Shown one piece after another: positions 53,962-64,000 of a stretch of 64,000 nt of DNA. The stretch is from the human T2T-CHM13v2.0 reference genome, Homo sapiens. Numbering within the stretch: the stretch's first letter is position 1; each line of letters opens with the position of its first letter. The stretch lies in the NCBI RefSeq assembly GCF_009914755.1, contig NC_060930.1. One strand, 5' to 3'. The notes beneath the pieces were generated by a model, which saw nothing but the letters and a program-made list of their open reading frames with translations, did no database searches and was not told the DNA's origin. A program made the translations under genes and the position numbers.

Positions 53962-56312
53962 TGATATGGTTTGGGTGTGTCCTCACCCAAACCTGATCTT
54001 GAATCATAGTTCTCAAAATCCCCATGTGTCATGGGAGGGACCTGGTGGGAGGTAATGAATCATGGGGGCAGTTACCCTCATGCTGTTCTCATAATAGTGA
54101 GTGAGTTCTCATGAGATTGGATGGTTTTATATGGGGCTCTTCCCCCTTTGTTCAGCACTTTTCTCTCCTGCTACCTTGTCAAGAAGAATGTTTTTGCTTC
54201 CCCTTCCATCAATTTTAAGTTTTCTGAGGCCTCTCCAACCATGTGAAACAGTGAGTGAATTAAACCTTTTTTCTTTATAAGTTACCCAGTCTTGGGTCTG
54301 TCTTTATTATCAGCATGAGAACAAATAATACAGTAAATTGGTACTGCACAGAGTGCATTGCTGCTGTAAAGATACCTGAAAATATAGAAGCAATTTTGGA
54401 ACTGCGTAACAGGAAGTGGTTGGAATAGTTTGGAGGGCTCAGAAGAAGACAGAAAGATGTGGGAAAGTTTGGAACTTCCTAGGAACTTGTTGAATGGCTT
54501 TGACCATAATGCTGATAGTGAGGTTGTCTCAGATGGAGATGAGGAACTTGTTGGGAACTGGAATAAAGATGACTTTCTATGTTTTAGCAAAGAGACTAGG
54601 CAGCATTTTGCCCCTGCCCTAAAGATCTGTGGAACTTTGAACTTCAGACGGATGATTTAACATATTTGGCAGAATAAATTTCTTTTCCTTTTTTTTTTTT
54701 TTTGAGAGATAGTCTCACTCTGTCACCCAGGCTGGAGTGCAGTTGGTGGAAGAAATTTCTAAGTAGCAAAGTGGTCAAGAGGAAGCAGAGCATAAAAGTT
54801 TAGAAAAATTGCATCTTGATGATGCAATAGAAAAGAAAAACTCATTTTCTGGGGAGAAATTCAAGCCTGTGGCAGAAATTTGCATAATTAACAAAGAATG
54901 GAATGTTATTCACCAAGACAATGGGGAAAATGTCTCTATGGCATGTCAGAGACGTTCATGGCAGCTCTTCCCATCAGAGACCTGAAGGCCTAGTAGGAAA
55001 AAATGGATTTGTGGACTGGAACCAGGGCCTCCCTGCTCTGTGCAGCCTTGGAAAATGGTTCATTGCATCCCAGCTGCTTTAGCTCCAACCATGGCTAAAA
55101 GGGCACAAAATACAGCTCAGGCTGTTGCTTCAGGTGGTGTAACTCCCAAGCCTTGGCAACATCCATGCAGTGTTTGGCCTCTGGTTGCACAGAAGTCAAG
55201 AATTGAGGGTTAGGAACCTCTGCCTAGATTTTAGAGGACATATGGAAATGCCTGGATGTCCAGGTAGAAGTTTGCTACTGGGGTGCAGCCCTCATGGAGA
55301 ACCTCTGGTAGGGGAGTGCAGAAGGAAAATGTGGGGTAGAAGCATCCACACAGAGCTCCCACTGGGACACTGCCTAGTGGAGCTGTGAGAAGAAGGCCAT
55401 CGTCCTCCAGACCCCAGAATGGTAAATCCACCAGCAGCTTGAACCATGTGCCTGGAAAAGCTGCAGAAACTCAGTGCAAAGCCTGTGAAGACAGCCTGTA
55501 GAGGAATCGTACCCTGCAAAGCTACAGGGGCAGAGTTGACCAAGACTGTGGGAGCCAACCTCTTGCATCAGCATGACCTGGACGTAAGACATGGATTCAA
55601 AGAAGATCATTTTGGAGCTTTTAGGTTTAATGACTAACCTATTGGATTTCAGACTTTTATGGGGCCTGTAGCCCATTTGTTTTGGCCAATTTCTCCCATT
55701 CGGAATGGGTGTATTTACCCAATGCCTGTTCCCCTATTGTATCTAGGAGGTAACTAACTTGCTTTTGATTTTACAGGCTCATAGGTGTAAAGGACTTGCC
55801 TTGTCTCATATTAGACTTTGGTTTTGGACTTTTGGGTTAATGCTGGAATTTTTGGGTTAATGCTAAGGTTTGGGGAGACTGTTGGAAAGGCATTATTGTG
55901 TCTTGAAATGTGAGAATATGAGATATGGGAGGTGGCAGGGATGGATTGATTTGCTTTGATATGATGCGATTTGGTATGTCCCCACCCCAATCTCATAATC
56001 CCCAGGTGTCATGGAAGGGACCCAGTGGGAGTTCATTGAATCGTAGGGATGGTTAACCTCATGCTGTTCTCATGACAGTAAGTTCTCACAAGGCCTAATG
56101 GTTTTATAAGGGGCTTTTCCTCCCTTTGCTCAGCACTTCTCTCTCCTGCCGCCTCATCAAGAAGAATGTTTCCTTTTCCCCTTCCACCATGATTTTAAGT
56201 TTCCTGAGGCCTTCGCAGCCATGCGGAACTGTGAGTCAATTAAACCTCTTTTCTTTATAAATTATCCAGTCATGAATATTTCTTCATAGCAGTGTAAGAA
56301 TAAACTAATATA
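53962..56312 (+). mobile_element. Full-length THE1C-like MaLR provirus: 5'LTR 53962-54332, internal 54333-55946, 3'LTR 55947-56312
   Basis: Two direct LTRs; internal begins GTAAATTGGTAC; THE1-int ORF remnant (EGSEEDRKMWESLELPR); polypurine tract before the 3'LTR; perfect 5-bp TSD CTTCC (53957, 56313). Confidence 0.95.
54684..54743 (-). mobile_element. Severely 5'-truncated Alu inside THE1 internal region
   Basis: Poly-T + GAGAGATAGTCTCACTCTGTCACCCAGGCTGGAGTGCAGT; 17-bp TSD TGGCAGAATAAATTTCT / TGGTGGAAGAAATTTCT. Confidence 0.88.
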
Positions 56313-57029
56313 CTTCCCAATACCTTGCTCTATATCCAGTTTTATGTAAATGTGTAAACAGACTTTCTTTTTAATCAATGTAGTTTTGGCCATGATTGCA
56401 TTAAATCTTCCCTCTTAATTTCTATAGATGGCCACCAGGTATTCAATTTATAAAGAACCAGTTATCATATTTGTTTATTTCAACTCTCACATATTTGATG
56501 AATTATATTTTCCTCCTCATCCCTACTATGCCAGCTTTAATTCAGACATGAGTGAATTAGACACTACTTTTTATCTGTAACTCATTTTTTCTGTAGCCTA
56601 ACATAAATATCACACTGCTTTACAGACCTGAATTTTTCTAAAATGGAATCTAATCATGATATTCTCCTACTTTAAAATATATAATACCATTCTAATACCA
56701 AAAATAATAAACACTAAATCTCTTGGTCATTTTTTCCCTAATAAATGTATTTCATAAAATGCTTAGAGGCAAGAATGATATACACAATATTTACACAGAC
56801 TAAGATGTAGCTAGTAACTGATCAGGACCAGCTTACTGAGATGATGCACTAGCATATCTGTGATACTTCCTTCCCCTATTCCCAAAACAGAATTAATAAG
56901 CCTTCTGAATTGACACACAAAATTATACACATAAACTTGGGCAACAGCATTCTTGATTGAAAGCTGAAAAGTTGAAAAGCTGGTGATGCATAGCTATGAT
57001 CTCAAGTCTTGGTTCTCATTGCTTCTTTA

Positions 57030-57455
57030 CACGCTTAACAATTTTTGAAGACCACAGTTAGAAATTAAAACTGGAAATCTTATTTTAAATAAATGATTTA
57101 AAATATCAATCATACGTCTATTACATGTTAATATTAATACATTTTTATAAAATATGAATATGAATACAACTTTATAAAATACAGCCATCTTTTTTAAGAT
57201 AGTAAAAATTAGTGAAAAGTAGCTCTCTTTTACATTTCTAAATCTCTTTAATGTCTGTCTTAATAGAAGACAGCTAGATTTTCATTTACTCCTGCATTCA
57301 ATCTGTAGTGATGTAGCTTTTTTATTTACAAAAGAATGAGAATGAGGCAGTCAGATTATTTTGTTCTAGTATTATTATAAAATTAGTTTTAAGCTTGCAG
57401 AGATCCTGAAAGTTTAGGGACACACAGAAACACTGAACCACACTTTGAATCCTAG
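57030..57455. mobile_element. Charlie1-like hAT fragment
   Basis: AAATCTCTTTAATGTCTGTCTTAATAGAAGACAGCTAGATTTTCAT..CTGCATTCAATCTGT ... ACCACACTTTGA. Confidence 0.7.
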
Positions 57456-59431
57456 CATGGAGCCATATACAGGAAACATGTTACTTATTTTAAATATATG
57501 TCTTGGAAGGAAGCTTGAAACCAGCATTTCTTTATTAAAGAATCTGTAAAAACAAAGTTTGAAGATTTGACCTCAATAATATCAAATTCTGCAATTATTT
57601 GTATATGTGTCTTCTTTTTCAATAGACTGTGAGCATCTCACTAGTAACATTTTTTAAAAAATTATGTGTCTACAGCATGAAGTCGATTCTAAGTGAATAT
57701 TTATTGAATTAATCTTATTTTTCACCCTATTGCGAACATCCATTAAAGCAATTCAAAGCTCTATTTATCTTACTGTGGTTTATAGCATTTAAATGATCAG
57801 TGAATGAAAATTCTGAGGGATTATAGCACTTCTATGTGACTATTGCTTACAACAGAAAAAAAATGTTCTAACAAATTCTTACATCTTCTATCTAATCTAG
57901 CAAGAAAAAAATAAATTCTGCACTTAGATCATTCAGACCTAGGTTAATTGAAATGGCCTCCGGATGCTTTGGATCTAATTAACTGCATTCTTTTTAATTC
58001 TACTTTCGTCCCATGTACTCTCTTACCAACACCAAAGTTGGTTTATTTGTTTTTTTAATATATAAATGTGCTATTTTTTCTGTCCACCTAGTATCCGCAT
58101 TTCAGAAGAAAATTTAACATACTTTTATTTCTGGGTATAAAAATTATATTGAATTGATACATCACAGAGGCAACTTAAAAGTATTTATGAAATAGAATTT
58201 TGTCCAAAACTACAGAAAATTATTTAGTACCCATCATAGTATCCTCATAAGTTACCACAAATAAAATTACTAGAAGAAACCTATAATCAAAATAAATATT
58301 CAAACATATGGATACATTATTATAATAATTATTTGAGACAGGTGTTATTGTCTTCCTTTTCATCTTCCAGAGATAGCTTTTGAGCAAAACTGAACCATTA
58401 ACTATTATTATCTCAATTCCATTTAAATTTGTCCCAAATATTTATATTTCCATAACAAACAAAGTTAAAGGCAACTGAACTGGTCAGACAAAGCTAGGTT
58501 GCAATACGATCTTCTATATCTACTATTACATTTACCCCTCTTGCATTTTAGTGTAACAGAATTTGTCAAGTGTTTTTATAAATACTGACACAAGAGAGAA
58601 CCATCTACTTTGACCTCTTGCCTTTGACAACCTCAGGGTTATCTATAAGCAAGTGCTCAGCAGATGTGTGTAAGCCAGGATCTTTGGATAAGTGGGTGCA
58701 CTTTCTGAGTTAGGTAAATTAAATAGTGATTCAGTCAAAGATGTAAATATTTGCATATTCTAGGAGTGATAAATAGGTCCTAAATCCAGATAAATGACAG
58801 TGGCTAGTTGCTGGCTACTTAAAACTAGGAGGCTCCAGAACAAGCAAAATGAAAAAGCAGTAGTAGTGTTTTACATATTCAGACACTGGTTTATAACTTG
58901 ACAAAATTCAGATACGATTATGTTGAAATGATAATATGAGGAAACAACATCAGAAATAAGGTGTAGAAGGTAAAAAACAGGAATTGTAGGGTGGCAAGGA
59001 TGGTTTTCATTTTTTCAGACTAGCTTACAGAGAATCTTGAGTATCAGTAAATCTCAAATGCCTTAAAGGTAATTTGATAGTTAATAGAAACCATTAAAAT
59101 ATTTTAGAAATTTGTCAATTCCTCAACAACAGTATTTGATTAGAATGTTGGCCATGTCTGTAATGCTCAGAATACCCTCTTTATGTGTGTTATTACTTTT
59201 TTCAAATTCAGCTGATATCTATCTTCTTTTTATGGACATATTCAATGTCTTCTCTCTTCCTCCTCCAATAAACACAGAAGACAATATCTCTTCTCTCAAA
59301 ATGTCTGTTACTTAATACACACTTCTATCAGGGCATCTTGGCCATATTTTGTTATTGTAATTGTTTATATACATTTCACATATCTACTGGGGGAAAATAT
59401 AATTATTAAGTTTGAAATCAGTGTCTGATTC

Positions 59432-59519
59432 CGGGAGGCTGAGGTGGGAGAATGGCGTGAATCCAGGAGGTGTACAGAGCGAGACTCTGTCTCAAAAAAA
59501 AAAAAAAGAAAAAGAAAAA
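59432..59519 (+). mobile_element. Truncated, internally deleted AluY right arm
   Basis: GGGAGGCTGAGG..GGAGAATGGCGTGAA..GGAGGTG|TACAGAGCGAGACTC plus A-tail; TSD GAAATCAGTGTCTGATTC / GAAATCAGGGTCTGCTTC. Confidence 0.88.
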
Positions 59520-59673
59520 GAAATCAGGGTCTGCTTCATTTTTCTATATTGCCTTCTAGAGTAATTTCCTTAAAAATATTCAATACATATTTATCAATTT
59601 ACTAAATTACTTTGGAAATACAAATGATCAAATAATTGCCATAATGCAAAAAAGCAGAACTATCATAGCAGAC

Positions 59674-59924
59674 TGTCTTACTCTATTTTGTTTTGCTATA
59701 AAAGAATACCTGAGACTTAGAAATTGTTAAAGAAAATAAGTTTATTTAGCTTCAAGTTCTTCAGGCTGAGAAGTTTAGTGGCATGGTTTTGATTTTTGGT
59801 GAGAGCATTCATTCTGCCTCACAATACAACATAGAAGGTCAAAGAGCAAGTGGATAGATGTGAAGAAAGGGAACCCTGAGGGGTGTCCTGGCTTTATGAC
59901 AACACATTTTCAGTACCAATTTCT
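59674..59924 (-). mobile_element. MSTB1-like LTR, partial
   Basis: TGTCTT..TTGCTATAAAAGAATACCTGAGAC ... GAGGGGTGTCCTGGCTTTATGACAAC. Confidence 0.75.
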
Positions 59925-60361
59925 TGTCTTAGTCCATTTTCTGTTGCCTATAACAAAATACTTGAAACTAGGTAATTTGTAAACAAAAGGAATTCACTTC
60001 TTACAGTTATGGAGACTGAGAAGCCTGAGGTCAAAGGGCTGCATCTGATAAGAACCTTCTGGCTGTCAATGACTCTCTGCAGAGTCCTGAGGCAGTACAG
60101 AGTATCACATAGTAAGAGTCTGAATATGCCCATGTCCTAACATGCTAGCTCAGGTATCTCTTCTTCTTTTAAAGCCACCATTTCCCAACCCGTAAGTACC
60201 TATTAACCCAGTGGACTAATTCATGAATGTAATTGACCATTCATGGTGGGAGAGCCTATATGATCCAATTACTTCCTAAAGTACTCATTTCTCAATACTG
60301 CCACATTGGGGATTCAATTTCAACATGACATTTAGAGGGAACAAATATTCAAACCATAGCA
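59925..60361 (-). mobile_element. MSTB2-like LTR, complete
   Basis: TGTCTTAGTCCATTTTCTGTTGC ... CTCAATACTGCCACATTGGGGATT..TTTCAACATGA...TTCAAACCATAGCA. Confidence 0.85.
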
Positions 60362-61499
60362 AGGACACACCAAAAAGCACTTACATGTTTGGGGTGATAA
60401 ACCAAATTTTCACTCTTACTGCATGTTTTGGCATTGCATAGATGATTTACGGTTAACTAAGCCCAACTTCCATATCCATGACTACCATCTTTTGGAAAAA
60501 AAAAAAAAGAAAAAAGCGATAGTTGCAGAAAAAGTAGATAAGCAGGGGAAAGCAAAGTTTTCTCCTTCATCTTATTTGCATGACTATGTCTTCTGTCTCT
60601 TAAAATGCTTTTACAGAAATACACTGAGATACCTCTGAGAACCCATAGCTGCATTTCGTTCAATGCAGAGGTAAACTTGGCTTCTGATGATAAAATATTT
60701 CACTTTTTCATCCAATTAAGAAAAATAAAAACTTATTTGAGGCAAATTACACAATATATACATGAAAGAACCACTGTCTAGTTAAAAATCACAATCTCTT
60801 TCACATTACTTTAGTAGTTCCTTCATATAAAATTCACTGTTTAATTCTGTTTTAGCTTTTCTTCCCCTAGGCATAGTATAATATCTAATTTGGGGTCCTG
60901 GTAAGATTTAAGAATTCAGTTTCTCTTTCATAAATGTGAAACAGATTATAACAATGACTTTATTGTGCTTTTTGACTATATTTTATGAAAGCTGTGTCTT
61001 AAACTGTCTACTGATAAAAATAAGATAATTATCATTTAAATGCATAACAAGTATATCATATTTAACTTTCACATAATGTATATAATTTTTCTCAATATTC
61101 TGGGCTCCTAGATGATACAACCAATGGAGTGGCAACACCAAGATTGGATCTGAAAAAATCTGCACCATGATTATACAGCATGCTATTCAGTAAAAATATT
61201 TTAAAATAATAAAACATTGAAAATTTCAAAAAACAGTGATTTATAGTAGTGGAGTGTTAGTGTTCCACATTTTATAAAACTTCCAAGATTCTATTAAGAT
61301 TTAATTTTGGAGACAAAAAGAAGAACTTGAAAATTATTTTTAAGAGCCAGTTTAAATTCTACATTCTAATAATCATTAAATTTGATGTTAAGCAAGTTGA
61401 ATTTCTGGTTATTACTACTGTTCCTGGTTGTGAAACCCACACAAACACAGAAACTGGGTTTTACTGTTACGTCATATACATATTGTATACATTAGGCAT

Positions 61500-61980
61500 C
61501 CTCTATATTTCCCTCCAGTGACCATTAGTCCCATCTTCTCACTCATTTTTTTCCCTTGGATGAGCATGGCTACTTCTAAGATATTGTTACCTCCATATAA
61601 TTGTAGCCAAATAGGGTCTGCCTTTTTAGATTACTCTCTGGATCCGTTCAATCATTTTCTTTCTTGGATATCTTACAAGTAATAAAAAACAAGTTTATAT
61701 CTGAAGTTTCATCTTCTCTTACCAAAAGTTCTCTTCCTCCTATTTTTCTTATTTTTCTTAATGTCTCTACCATATACCTCATTTCTCAAGCTAGTCTCTG
61801 TCTTGCTTTCATTATCATTGGCAAAAATCTATACTGTTCTGTTTCTTTTTGGTGTACTTTCTTAATGACTTGAATTTTCTCCCCCTCTTATTTCCAATAA
61901 TGAACAATCTAATTAAATTCTCATGATTGATTGCTTTCCTTAGGGTAACAATTGCCCAACTACTGATGAAGATTCAGTCT
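61500..61980 (+). mobile_element. L2 fragment
   Basis: Pyrimidine-rich decayed L2-like sequence (CTTGGATATCTTACAAG, TCTCTTCCTCCTATTTT, CTACCATATACC). Confidence 0.45.
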
Positions 61981-62154
61981 TTCCCCATGTCTGCAGTCCG
62001 TGCTGTAGGATATATCTATTATCTTGACAATTGTTGGTGCTGCATATCTGCATCAATAATTCAAAATGGATATTCGATTAGGGTTGGTAGAAGCCCTCCC
62101 AAGAGGAAATTTGTTTAACTTTTCCTAAATGTAAATTTTTGAAACCTATCTTTT

Positions 62155-62441
62155 GGCCAGACACAGTGGCACATGCCTGTAATCCCAGTACTTTGGGAGG
62201 CTCAGATGGTATGATCACTTGAGACCAGGAGTTTGAAACTAGTTTGGGCAACATAGGCTATCTCTACAAAAAAATAAATAGTTAGCCGGGTATAGTGCAG
62301 CACCTGTGATCCCAGCTACTTGGGTGGCTGAGGAGGCAGGATTGCTTGATCCCAGATGGTCAAGGCTGCAGTGAGCCATGATGATATCACTGCACTTCAG
62401 CCTAGCGACAGAGTAAGATTCTGTGAAAAAACAAAACAAAA
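62155..62441 (+). mobile_element. AluJ
   Basis: GGATTGCTTGA.CCCAG..GGTCAAGGCTGCAGTGAGCCATGAT; (AAAAC)n tail. Confidence 0.9.
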
Positions 62442-63142
62442 CATATTTTCAAAAATAATGTAGTTTTGGTTAAATGACAAACATTCATTTTTAAGGGACT
62501 ACACTTCAAGTAATATTGTATAAAAGTATCCAAAATTTTGAGGAAGATGATAATTAGCAACATCACAGATGAAGGGAGAAAAAAATACATGAAAGATGTA
62601 ATAATATCAAAAGGGCCAGAAAGCTAATATAAAAGATTGATATCAAAAATAACTTTTGAGATTCTTGAAGTTTAACAACTGTGGAATGATACAAGGAAAA
62701 GTAGTGATAAATGTGGCAAGCTAATTCTTTATTATATTAAACTTCTGTGTAAAATAGAAAAAACAAAATTTCCAATAAGAATAATCATCTGATAACCTCT
62801 GTCTACTATTTAGAAATATTTTAATAATTGAAAATTAAAAAAAAACTATGACTCAAACTAATAAAATACATGCATTACAAAAGCCAAATCCTGACTATGT
62901 GCTTTAATAACATGGTGAATTTGATGGAATAAATATGCTATGAATGATTAATGTAATTGAATTACATGTATTTGATGTAGTAGTGAATATAGGCAGCTAC
63001 TACACATTGATTAGAAATAGTCCAATAATATTTAAACAAAAAAGATACAGAATTATACATTAAAAATGATAGATGGTAATACCCTAGAATATGCAAGCAT
63101 TTTAACCTAAAAATGGAAATGCATGGCCTTAGGTTTCTTTTC

Positions 63143-63380
63143 AATTTAAGTGTAAGGAAGAATAAATTCAAAAGATCTATTGTGCATCATGGTCACCATA
63201 ATCAATACAATAGATTATGAACATTGCTAAGAGAGTAGATGATAAGTACTCTAACCACAAAATTCATAAATATACGAGGTAATGCATGAGGTAATTAGTA
63301 TTATTTAGCTATTCCATGTGTACATATTTCAAAACATCACATTATATACCACAAATATATATATCTTTAATTAATTAAAA
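63143..63380 (+). mobile_element. L1MA (5-7-like) 3' end
   Basis: GAATAAATTCAAAAGATCTATTGT..TTGCTAAGAGAGTAGAT..GAGGTAATGCAT..TATTTCAAAACATCA. Confidence 0.75.
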
Positions 63381-63769
63381 TATTCAGTTTAAGTCAAGTG
63401 TAATTCTTGGATCCCAGTCTGAACTTACGTCTCTCATATACCCTTTCATTCTATACTAGCCCTTTCTTTTGTCTGCTCCAAAACTAAATTCAGCTGAGGC
63501 TTCACTGTTGCTATATAGCTCATTGGTCATGGAGGCCTCGTTCTAACTGAACTGCTATACACAAGACAGTGAAAATCTTACACAAAACATAGCACAACCA
63601 ATCAATATTGTATGATTGAACTTGGACAACAAGTGGATGATACAGGGAAAGTAGCGATAACAATGGCAAGCTAGTTTTTTATTTCATTAAATGTATTGCT
63701 TTGTAAAACGAAAAAGAATTTCCACGAAGAAAGAATTATATATTATTTCATCCATTTGTCTCAGGCATT

Positions 63770-64000
63770 AAAACCCACAACCTCCCAAGATTAAACCAGG
63801 AAGAAAATGAAAACCTGACAAGACCAATAGCAACTTCCAAAATAGAATCAGTAATTAAAAAAACTTGCCACCCAAAACCAGTCCTGAAACAGAGGGATTC
63901 ACAGACAAATTCTACCAGATGTAAAAAGAACTGATACTAATCCTACCGAAATTATTCCCAAAAAATCAAGGAGCAAGGATTCCTCTTTAACTCATTATTT
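63770..64000 (+). mobile_element. L1PA16/L1PB-like ORF2 fragment running off the window
   Basis: ACAACCTCCCAAGATTAAACCAGGAAGAAA..GGATTCACAGACAAATTCTACCAGA. Confidence 0.85.

Noticed and set aside
54282-55996. Cluster of overlapping ORFs in GC-richer DNA
   Set aside because: Decayed THE1 internal region, also interrupted by an Alu stub

Overview
AT-rich (roughly one-third GC by eye) primate, most likely human, intergenic or deep-intronic DNA. No protein-coding gene, tRNA, rRNA or CRISPR array can be supported; the ORFs in the track map to decayed L1/Alu/LTR sequence, low-complexity repeats or short chance ORFs. The window is a layered record of transposable elements: L1s of many ages, about a dozen Alus and Alu fragments, a full-length THE1C-like provirus, solo LTRs (MST, MLT1, MLT2, MER50, LTR16), DNA-transposon relics (MADE1, MER47, MER53, MER44, Charlie), MIR/L2, and three large AT-rich tandem arrays. 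I found no convincing new biological system. The most interesting signals are structural: palindrome-associated AT-rich repeat expansions, a 44-bp inversion inside an L1, a very young AluY whose non-CpG differences are all A>G, internally deleted L1s that keep their 5' ends, and a repeat-free CpG-retaining segment near 28 kb. Subfamily names come from remembered consensus sequences and need RepeatMasker/Dfam confirmation.
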